Assembly (NCBI GenBank): GCA_048270185.1
Contig: JBLWTJ010000001.1
Span: 1,216,001-1,280,000, forward strand
Direction: 5' to 3'
From: Bacteriovoracaceae bacterium
Lineage (GTDB): Bacteria > Bdellovibrionota > Bacteriovoracia > Bacteriovoracales > Bacteriovoracaceae
Length of the DNA stretch: 64,000 nucleotides
A program made the position numbers and the translations under genes. The notes under the pieces were generated by a model. That model was not told where the DNA came from, searched no databases, and worked only from the letters and a program-made list of their open reading frames with translations. Of this stretch, positions 56,837 to 64,000 are shown one piece after another. Within the stretch, counting starts at the first letter, position 1. Every line of letters begins with the position of its first letter.

Positions 56837-59482
56837 ATGACTTTAGAGATCGAGAAAATCGTAGCCGAAGGCGTAAAGTTAACTCCAATGATGGCCCAAT
56901 ACCATGAGATCAAGGTTCAATATCGCGATCACATGCTCATGTTTCGCATGGGAGATTTTTATGAGGTCTTTTTTGAAGATGCCATCAATGCTTCAAAGAT
57001 TTTAAATATCGCTCTTACTCACAGAGGTAAACTTGGCGAACACAAAATCCCAATGGCCGGTATTCCTCATCACGCTGCGGCCACTTATATCGATCGCTTC
57101 TCAAGTGAGGGATTAAAAGTTGCAATTTGCGAGCAAGTAGAAAACCCAAAAGAGGCCAAAGGAATCGTAAAAAGAGCTGTCACACAAGTTGTTTCACCAG
57201 GAATGCCATACGATCTTGATAAGACCGATTCAAAAGAAGACCAATTCATTGTTGCGTGTAATGAAGTAGCTGGTCGCTTTGAAATTGTGGCCATTGATTT
57301 TACAACTGGTTTCTTTAAAGGCTTTATCCTTGATAGCTTTGAAGATTTTATCGAAAAGATTCGCGTTCTTCATCCAAAGGAATTTATCACATACCTTGGA
57401 CAGTGGGATAAGTATGAGAGTGTTGCGACTTTAAATGAGCACAACGGAACACTTGTAACTCACCTATCACAAGAATATTTTAAAGAAGAATACTCTTCAG
57501 TTTATATTGAAAGACTTATTCCAACTTATAAGCGCGATCAATTGCTTAAAGAAAACGAAACAGTACTAAGTCCAATTGGCGCTCTTTCATACTATATTTG
57601 TTCTACTCAGAGTCACGACGAGTTCACTCACCTTCATGCTTTCAGCCTATCTGATCGCACAGGTTCGATGAAGGTCACTATCCCAACTCTAACTGGACTT
57701 GAAATCCTTCCAAAGTCACGTGAAACATATAAAGATTCACTCTTAGGCTTTATGGATAAAACGAAAACTTCAATGGGTTCAAGAAAACTAAAAACTGTTT
57801 TCACTTCCCCTCTGACAAATAGAAAAGAAATTGCCAATCGTCTTGATACGATTGAATACTTCTTATCAAATGATGATCTCTTACAAGATACACGTGAAGC
57901 GCTAAATAATGTTCGCGACCTTGAAAGAATTCTAGCGAAGGCCGCAACAAATCGCGCCAATGCAGGAGATCTCCTTAATATTTCAGCGGCAATTGATGTT
58001 TATGAAGAATTAACAAACTCTCTAAAGAAACTTCCAACAAAAGTTTTTGGAGACCTGACAAAAGAAGCTAAGGATCAACTCTTTGCTCTTCGTAACGAAA
58101 TCAAGGTGACAATTAACGATGAGATTGGAGCAAACCTCGATAAGGGAAATCTTATTAGAGAAGGTGCAAATGAGACTCGTGACCGCCTTGCAAAGATTTC
58201 GCAAAATACGGCCCAAGCTCTTGTAGAACTTGAAAATCGTTACCGTGAAGAGACTGGAATTCAAAAACTAAGAATTAAATCAAATAATGTTGCCGGCTAC
58301 TTTATTGAGGTTTCAAAGACTCACTCAGATAAAGTTCCAGCAAATTTTGTTCGCAGACAAACTCTTGTGAATTCCGAAAGATATTCAACAGAAGAATTAA
58401 CTGAGTTTGAAAAAGAAGTTGTTGTTGCTCGCGAAAAACTAGAAAAGTTAGAGAGAGAAATTTTCAAAAACTTAATAAAGCAAATTACAACTCTAAGTCA
58501 TGCCATTCAAATTCTTGCCAATATCCTTTCAACGACTGATACCCTTCAGTCTCTTGCTTGGATTGCACGTAATGAAGAATTTAGTAGACCTCAAATATCT
58601 GACAAATCTCGTGATATGGATATTCATGGAGCCTGGCATCCACTTATTAAAGCGGCCATTAAGGATCAATTTATTCCACATGATCTTAAGCTTGATGAGA
58701 AAACATACTTTGGTCTAATCACAGGTCCCAACATGGCCGGTAAGACAACTGTTATGCGTGAGATTGCAATCATTCAACTTCTAACTCAAATTGGTTCTTA
58801 CGTTCCAGCTGAAAATGCTAAGGTTAGTATCTGTGACTTCCTCTTTAGCCGCCTTGGAGCAAGTGATGATATTTTAAAAGGTCAATCAACTTTCATGGTA
58901 GAGATGGCCGAAACCGCAGAGATCTTAAGACATGCTACCGAGAACTCACTGATCATTCTCGACGAAGTAGGACGTGGAACTTCAACATATGATGGTCTTT
59001 CAATTGCATGGGCCCTTGTAGAGCATTTCATTGAAAATACAAAAGCGCTTTGTCTCTTTGCAACTCACTACCACGAGCTAATCGATCTTGCTGATCGCTA
59101 CCCAGAAGCCAAGAATTTAACAGTCGAAACTCAAAATCATAAAGGGAATGTAAAATTTCTCTATCGCCTTATTGAGCAAGCGGCTTCTCAATCATTTGGT
59201 ATCTATGTTGCGAAACTTGCAGGACTTCCTCCAACAGTACTAAAGAGATCACAGTCGATTCTTAAAAGCATGGAAAAAGAATCAAGTGTCTCTCAAGCTC
59301 TTCTTGGCAGTGATCATAGTGAGCAATTAGATTTCTTCAGTATGGCAGCAGCTCCAGCTGAAATACCTGAGTATTTAAAACAGGTTGAAGAACACCTAAC
59401 GACAGTCGATATCAATAACTTAACACCAATTCAGGCCTTAAATAAGCTCAATGAGTTAGTGGATCAAATTACTCTCAACTAA
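56837..59482 (+). CDS. mutS: DNA mismatch repair protein MutS
   Basis: TPMMAQY, FRMGDFYE, TGPNMAGKTT, STFMVEM, DEVGRGTST, ATHYHEL. Confidence 0.97.
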   Translation: MTLEIEKIVAEGVKLTPMMAQYHEIKVQYRDHMLMFRMGDFYEVFFEDAINASKILNIALTHRGKLGEHKIPMAGIPHHAAATYIDRFSSEGLKVAICEQVENPKEAKGIVKRAVTQVVSPGMPYDLDKTDSKEDQFIVACNEVAGRFEIVAIDFTTGFFKGFILDSFEDFIEKIRVLHPKEFITYLGQWDKYESVATLNEHNGTLVTHLSQEYFKEEYSSVYIERLIPTYKRDQLLKENETVLSPIGALSYYICSTQSHDEFTHLHAFSLSDRTGSMKVTIPTLTGLEILPKSRETYKDSLLGFMDKTKTSMGSRKLKTVFTSPLTNRKEIANRLDTIEYFLSNDDLLQDTREALNNVRDLERILAKAATNRANAGDLLNISAAIDVYEELTNSLKKLPTKVFGDLTKEAKDQLFALRNEIKVTINDEIGANLDKGNLIREGANETRDRLAKISQNTAQALVELENRYREETGIQKLRIKSNNVAGYFIEVSKTHSDKVPANFVRRQTLVNSERYSTEELTEFEKEVVVAREKLEKLEREIFKNLIKQITTLSHAIQILANILSTTDTLQSLAWIARNEEFSRPQISDKSRDMDIHGAWHPLIKAAIKDQFIPHDLKLDEKTYFGLITGPNMAGKTTVMREIAIIQLLTQIGSYVPAENAKVSICDFLFSRLGASDDILKGQSTFMVEMAETAEILRHATENSLIILDEVGRGTSTYDGLSIAWALVEHFIENTKALCLFATHYHELIDLADRYPEAKNLTVETQNHKGNVKFLYRLIEQAASQSFGIYVAKLAGLPPTVLKRSQSILKSMEKESSVSQALLGSDHSEQLDFFSMAAAPAEIPEYLKQVEEHLTTVDINNLTPIQALNKLNELVDQITLN

Positions 59483-59500
59483 GTACTAGAAAATATTTCC

Positions 59501-59528
59501 ATGGGCATGTTCATCATGCCCATTCTTT
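59501..59528 (+). terminator. Hairpin/terminator after mutS
   Basis: ATGGGCATG-TTCAT-CATGCCCAT followed by TCTTT. Confidence 0.6.
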
Positions 59529-59562
59529 AAGGCTTGTGCACGCTTTTGACGAAAAGTTAGGC

Positions 59563-60156
59563 ATGAGTAATACAAAGCTAACTGAAATTTACGAATACTA
59601 CCAAGAAAACAAAGAAGCTAAGAAAGTGAGAAGAAAGCACTTAAGTAAGCGCACCTATGCTTTCATTATCGATCTCTACGCCATTGTCTTTGCTAACAAG
59701 GCTTTATCTTTTATATGGTTATCATTTGTGAATCATTTCATTTCAAATGTCTCTGTATCAAATAGCTTTTCAACTTACACGCTACAAGCAAATACAACAA
59801 AGCTTTCGCTTCCAATTATGTTCTTTAGTTACTTCTTCTTTTCATACTTTCTAGGCCATGGGCAAACACTTGGAAAGGCCATTATGAAATTAAAAGTTGT
59901 GAATACTGATAATATGACAGAACACCTAACTCTAAGTGAATGCTTCATGCGCTCAATTGGTTACATTGGTGCAAGCTTTCTATTCTACCTACCATTTGCC
60001 TTTAACTACCTTCGCCGCGATCAAAAAGGTATGCAAGACTTCATGTCTGGTACAGAAGTCATCAGTATCGACGACTTTGCCTTTGCTCTAGCACAAGCTG
60101 AAGCGATTCCAGTGGAATCGGCAGAGCAAATTAGCTTATTTGAGGATGTTGCTTAA
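59563..60156 (+). CDS. RDD family membrane protein
   Basis: KRTYAFIID, GQTLGK.IMKLKVV, R, QD.MSGT.V. Confidence 0.85.
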   Translation: MSNTKLTEIYEYYQENKEAKKVRRKHLSKRTYAFIIDLYAIVFANKALSFIWLSFVNHFISNVSVSNSFSTYTLQANTTKLSLPIMFFSYFFFSYFLGHGQTLGKAIMKLKVVNTDNMTEHLTLSECFMRSIGYIGASFLFYLPFAFNYLRRDQKGMQDFMSGTEVISIDDFAFALAQAEAIPVESAEQISLFEDVA

Positions 60157-60169
60157 TTTAGCTAGAAAT

Positions 60170-60532
60170 CTAAAAATCCAGATTCGAAAAAATCTCACTA
60201 GCTCGTCCACCGACGCGAGACTTTAATTTCTCATCGGCACTCTCTTTCTTTGAAAGACCTGCTGTTGGTTCATACGGTTTCATGACGGCTTTTTGAGCGA
60301 CCTTGGCCTTGTTGTAGTCACCATCTTTAACGAAGAGATCACGTTGCTTGCTATCTTCGCTATCCCATGGGCGCTTTACATTTTGCTTCTGACTTCCCTT
60401 TTGGGTTTTCTTAGAGCGTTCTTCTTTATGGTCGAGAATAATCTCAAGAAGAGAATCATCTGAATTCTCGATACGATTTTTGATCTTACACTTAGTCTTA
60501 TTTGATGTAGTCTTTTCTAAACTTAGGGCCAT
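60170..60532 (-). CDS. Charged low-complexity hypothetical protein
   Basis: 120-aa ORF filling the gap between neighbours; no family recognised. Confidence 0.55.
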   Translation of the reverse strand: MALSLEKTTSNKTKCKIKNRIENSDDSLLEIILDHKEERSKKTQKGSQKQNVKRPWDSEDSKQRDLFVKDGDYNKAKVAQKAVMKPYEPTAGLSKKESADEKLKSRVGGRASEIFSNLDF

Positions 60533-60577
60533 AATATTCTATTTTATCTGCCCCTATGATTTCGTGCAACAAAGGAT

Positions 60578-62062
60578 TTAACGATCTCCGTAAAGCTCTT
60601 TAATACTGGCCTTAAGCTCGTCCATACTCTTTGTTTTTAGGATTACTTCCTCACTATTGAGTAAAACTTCGACTTCACGATCAATTGTTTGACCATTTTC
60701 TCGAACGATGCGATCAAGTACTGAAATACTACAACCTTCTCCTCTTCCCTCAATATACATATGCTTAACATCTGAGTTGTTTTTACGACTAGACAATCTC
60801 TCATTGCGACGAGTTTCTCGCTCCAAAATATAAGCAACACTTGCAGCATCACACAGCTGAGCGAGATCAAGCCTTGAAACACTTTGAAAACAATCCCTTT
60901 CCACTAAACCTAGGTTCTCTAGCTCTTCTTGACTTAGGTGTGCGAGTAAACCTTCGTCCATAGCGATCTTTAAATAATCAATTGGCTTTCGGCCATCACC
61001 ACAAGTCGTATCGAGATTCCCACCAAGGCCTTGGAAGATTTCAACATTTTTAACATTATTGACAACCGCAGCTTTCTTAATCTGTTCAATCATTTGCTTT
61101 TGTTCGTAGTCCATACTCTCGTAAGAGTTACCCATTTCAGGAAATAGGCTTCTCGATTCTTTCTTAAAGTGATCAGTATTAATATAGACACCTTTAGCAA
61201 ATTCACAGGCGAGGTTATCTCCAAAACTGTTACGGTAATTATCTGCAACATCCATATGCTTCTTTATTAAGTCAGCAAGTGGAGTCCCCTCTCCACCAAG
61301 AGAGCGACCAACAATCTCTTGGCGTATCAGTTGAAGAACCTTATCATCAGACAACTCTCCTTGAGTCAGTGCGAGTTTAAGGAATTTAAAATACCCATCA
61401 GAGATATTACCACTCTCATCAGATCCGTAGTGACTTGCATAAGAATATGCAAAATCAGCTAACTCTTGCCCCTTGAAGTTTGCTTTAAGATAATTAAGCA
61501 TTCCATCAGCATCTCCTTTGTAAGCAAGATACATCTGAGCAAGTTCAAGATGTTTATATGAACTACTATCGACTTCATAACCAGTTGCTAAGCTTGATTG
61601 GATAAGATTTTGCATGGCCGGATTTACAGCGTAGCCTCCACTTTGACTCTTTGGGTCCCATTTATAAAAAGGCTTGGAAGAGTTCTTAATAGCTTCTGTC
61701 ACAATAGACTGACGAGTTGCGAGATCCAGTTCGTTCTTTGGGTCTACTCTATTAAAATATTCATTTAAATCGAATGCACCCTTAGATTCATTGGCCGCAT
61801 GATACTGTAATTGATTAAGGGCAAATTGTTTCGCGATTTCCTTCTTATCAACAGGAGCTCCATTCATGCCTAGACCGTAGCCACCAAAGCCCCCCATCAT
61901 ACCGCCGGCACCACCAGGAAATCCACCTTGAATTTTTGCATCTGATTCCATCAGTACGCATTCAACACATTCACTAATTTGTTCAAGTTCTTCGAACATA
62001 CTATCGAATGCATGAGTCGTTAAAATAATAAAAGTACAAATAAAAGCCTTAAGTATCTTCAT
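60578..62062 (-). CDS. Secreted hypothetical protein with Gly/Met-rich patch and possible ankyrin-like repeat
   Basis: Signal peptide ending THA; GGFPGGAGGMMGGFGG; AAVVNNVKNVEIFQGLGGNLDTTCGDGRKPIDY. Confidence 0.6.
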   Translation of the reverse strand: MKILKAFICTFIILTTHAFDSMFEELEQISECVECVLMESDAKIQGGFPGGAGGMMGGFGGYGLGMNGAPVDKKEIAKQFALNQLQYHAANESKGAFDLNEYFNRVDPKNELDLATRQSIVTEAIKNSSKPFYKWDPKSQSGGYAVNPAMQNLIQSSLATGYEVDSSSYKHLELAQMYLAYKGDADGMLNYLKANFKGQELADFAYSYASHYGSDESGNISDGYFKFLKLALTQGELSDDKVLQLIRQEIVGRSLGGEGTPLADLIKKHMDVADNYRNSFGDNLACEFAKGVYINTDHFKKESRSLFPEMGNSYESMDYEQKQMIEQIKKAAVVNNVKNVEIFQGLGGNLDTTCGDGRKPIDYLKIAMDEGLLAHLSQEELENLGLVERDCFQSVSRLDLAQLCDAASVAYILERETRRNERLSSRKNNSDVKHMYIEGRGEGCSISVLDRIVRENGQTIDREVEVLLNSEEVILKTKSMDELKASIKELYGDR

Positions 62063-62102
62063 ACTTAACTAATCGGTAATTTAAGAGTGATATTGATACT
62101 TA

Positions 62103-63563
62103 TTATGAAATAAAGACAATAATACTGAGAATGATGAAGGCCACGATATTGAGGATAAAGCCAAAACTTATCATACGATTCATAGGAACTAGTCCTGTTC
62201 CGAAAACAATAGCATTAGGAGGAGTTGCAACAGGTAGCATAAAGGCCATATTACAGCTAAAGGCCACAACAAAGGCCGCTGTTATACTTGAGAATTTTGC
62301 TTGGGTCGCAGCTGCTATTAGAATTGGCACAAGAACATTGGCCGTGGCCGTATTACTGACTAATTCAGTCAGAAGAATTGAGATGGCAATAACTAGAATT
62401 AATAAACTCGCAAAACTCCAATCGCTAAATACACTGATGAGATTATTTGCAACAAAGTCAGCAATTCCCGTTTTAAATAGAGTTGAACCGAGTGAAAGGC
62501 CAGATGCAAAGAGTAAAAGTGTTCCCCAATCAATACTCTTAATATCATCTTGATCTAGTAATTTTGTGCGACTGTAAATTGGCGTAATAAAAAGCGCACA
62601 AGCAGCAATAATGGCCACCATACCCGAAGTAAACGTCTTTCTGAAAAATATTGAAATTTCATGAGTCTTACCAAGGATTAAAGAAAATAAACTCGGTGCA
62701 AACCAAAAGAAAATTGTTACTCCAAAAATAATCATTAAACGAATTTCGTTATTGGTAATTTTATTCTTCTTTCCAAGACTTTTAATTAAGTCTTCCTTAT
62801 CAACTCTTTGAACTTCTTCATCGATTTTAAACTTTGCATAGAAGTATAAGATCACCATAAAAATGGCCGTCAGTGGAAAACCATACTTACACCAATCCCA
62901 AAACGTTAGTACTTTTTCAGAATGTTGCTCTAAGAGACCCATTGTAATAAGATTTGGTGGAGAGCCGATAGGTGTTGCCATTCCCCCGACTGAAGCAGCA
63001 TAGGCAATAATTAAAAGAAAGTATTCTTTCGTAACCGCTTCCTTCACTTTGAAAGATTTCAATAAACCAAAACCAATAGGTAGCATCATGGCCGCCGTGG
63101 CAGAATTCGAAACCCACATAGAGAAGAAGCTTGTCATACCAATGACAACTGCTAGAGTTTTATTAAAACTTCCATTGATAAATTTAGAACTCAAGATTGT
63201 AATTGAGAGCTTGCGATCAAGGCCAAGTTTCTCCATGGCACGAGCTAATAAGAAGCCTCCCATAAAGAGAAAGATGATTGGCGAGCTAAAGCTACTGAAT
63301 GCCTCTTCAAATGGAACAACTCCAAGAAAGACTGTTAATGCGACCCCCATCATTCCTGAAATAAATAAAGGAGTACTTGATAGCAGCCATTGAATAACAA
63401 CATAGGCAAAGATCGCTAGAAATTTCTTTGCATTAATATCTAAATTTAAATTTGAAGTATAAATGAAGAAGAAAGCGATGATTCCAAGAAATTGAAAAAT
63501 CACAGTTAGTGTCGAACTATGTTTCCATTCACGTAAAAAGTCACGAAATAAACTCTTAAACAT
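62103..63563 (-). CDS. SLC13/DASS family anion symporter
   Basis: SMWVSNSATAAMMLPI, GGMATPIGSPPN, TELVSNTATA, AFMLPVATPPNAIVF. Confidence 0.92.
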   Translation of the reverse strand: MFKSLFRDFLREWKHSSTLTVIFQFLGIIAFFFIYTSNLNLDINAKKFLAIFAYVVIQWLLSSTPLFISGMMGVALTVFLGVVPFEEAFSSFSSPIIFLFMGGFLLARAMEKLGLDRKLSITILSSKFINGSFNKTLAVVIGMTSFFSMWVSNSATAAMMLPIGFGLLKSFKVKEAVTKEYFLLIIAYAASVGGMATPIGSPPNLITMGLLEQHSEKVLTFWDWCKYGFPLTAIFMVILYFYAKFKIDEEVQRVDKEDLIKSLGKKNKITNNEIRLMIIFGVTIFFWFAPSLFSLILGKTHEISIFFRKTFTSGMVAIIAACALFITPIYSRTKLLDQDDIKSIDWGTLLLFASGLSLGSTLFKTGIADFVANNLISVFSDWSFASLLILVIAISILLTELVSNTATANVLVPILIAAATQAKFSSITAAFVVAFSCNMAFMLPVATPPNAIVFGTGLVPMNRMISFGFILNIVAFIILSIIVFIS

Positions 63564-63587
63564 CGACCATCATTCCAATCTTCAAAG

Positions 63588-63613
63588 AAAAAAGGCCCGC
63601 TTTAAGCAGGCCT
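63588..63613 (-). terminator. Probable intrinsic terminator after aspS
   Basis: A-tract followed by an imperfect GGCCCGCT...AGCAGGCC stem. Confidence 0.55.
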
Positions 63614-63620
63614 ATATCAT

Positions 63621-64000
63621 TTACTTTAAGAAACTAAAGTGTAATTCATCAGTTTGTGCTTTTGCTGGCACAGACGGAGCATTAGACATCATATCACTTG
63701 CTGTCGTTGTCTTAGGGAAAGCAATAACGTCTCTGATATTATCTGTTCCGGCTTTTACCATTGTAATACGGTCAAGGCCTAGAGCAATCCCACCATGTGG
63801 AGGTGTTCCGTATTTAAGAGCGTTTACAAAGAAACCAAATTGATTTGCAACTTCTTCCTCACTCATCCCAAGAACTTTAAACATTCTCTCTTGAACAGCA
63901 CCATTGTGAATTCTGATCGATCCTCCACCAAGTTCATAACCATTACAAACAAGATCGTAGGCTTGCGCCGGAAGGTCACGTAGAGTTTTATTATTTACGT
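63621..64000 (-). CDS. aspS: Aspartate--tRNA ligase, 3' end (partial)
   Basis: [19 protein letters not shown]...[15 protein letters not shown]...[10 protein letters not shown]; the frame runs off the right edge. Confidence 0.95.
   Translation of the reverse strand, partial: VNNKTLRDLPAQAYDLVCNGYELGGGSIRIHNGAVQERMFKVLGMSEEEVANQFGFFVNALKYGTPPHGGIALGLDRITMVKAGTDNIRDVIAFPKTTTASDMMSNAPSVPAKAQTDELHFSFLK

Noticed and set aside
955..63983. Many short antisense or overlapping ORFs in the track (for example 5097, 6156, 25547, 26718, 53604, 57634, 62131)
   Set aside because: They lie within well-supported genes on another frame or strand and show no recognisable motifs, so they are treated as shadow ORFs.

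Overview
AT-rich, gene-dense bacterial chromosomal segment with about 60 CDS. I see no rRNA, tRNA, CRISPR array, integrase or transposase. Gene content and style (clpS-clpA, CarD-like regulator, many secreted Cys-rich lipoproteins and proteases, Lys-rich histone-like protein, lptB-rpoN-hpf, mutS, aspS) suggest a predatory Bdellovibrionota member such as a Bacteriovorax/Halobacteriovorax relative; this taxonomy is inference only. Most genes are housekeeping. The most unusual items are: (1) a divergent five-gene lipid-tailoring and export cluster at 17953-24425 (CrtI/RetSat-like flavoprotein, MMPL/RND exporter, AurF-type diiron oxygenase, epoxide-hydrolase-type alpha/beta hydrolase, His-box desaturase); (2) two genes (an rlmN paralogue and the riboswitch-controlled btuB) that appear to start at ATA; (3) two paralogous small acidic proteins with ssrA-like C-termini; (4) an NlpC/P60 lipoprotein coupled to a small secreted partner; (5) an ATP-grasp ligase/zinc peptidase pair next to two receiver-less winged-helix regulators; (6) two apparent pseudo-enzymes and a probable LptC-LptA fusion. 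All family calls come from motif recognition by eye; no database searches were run.
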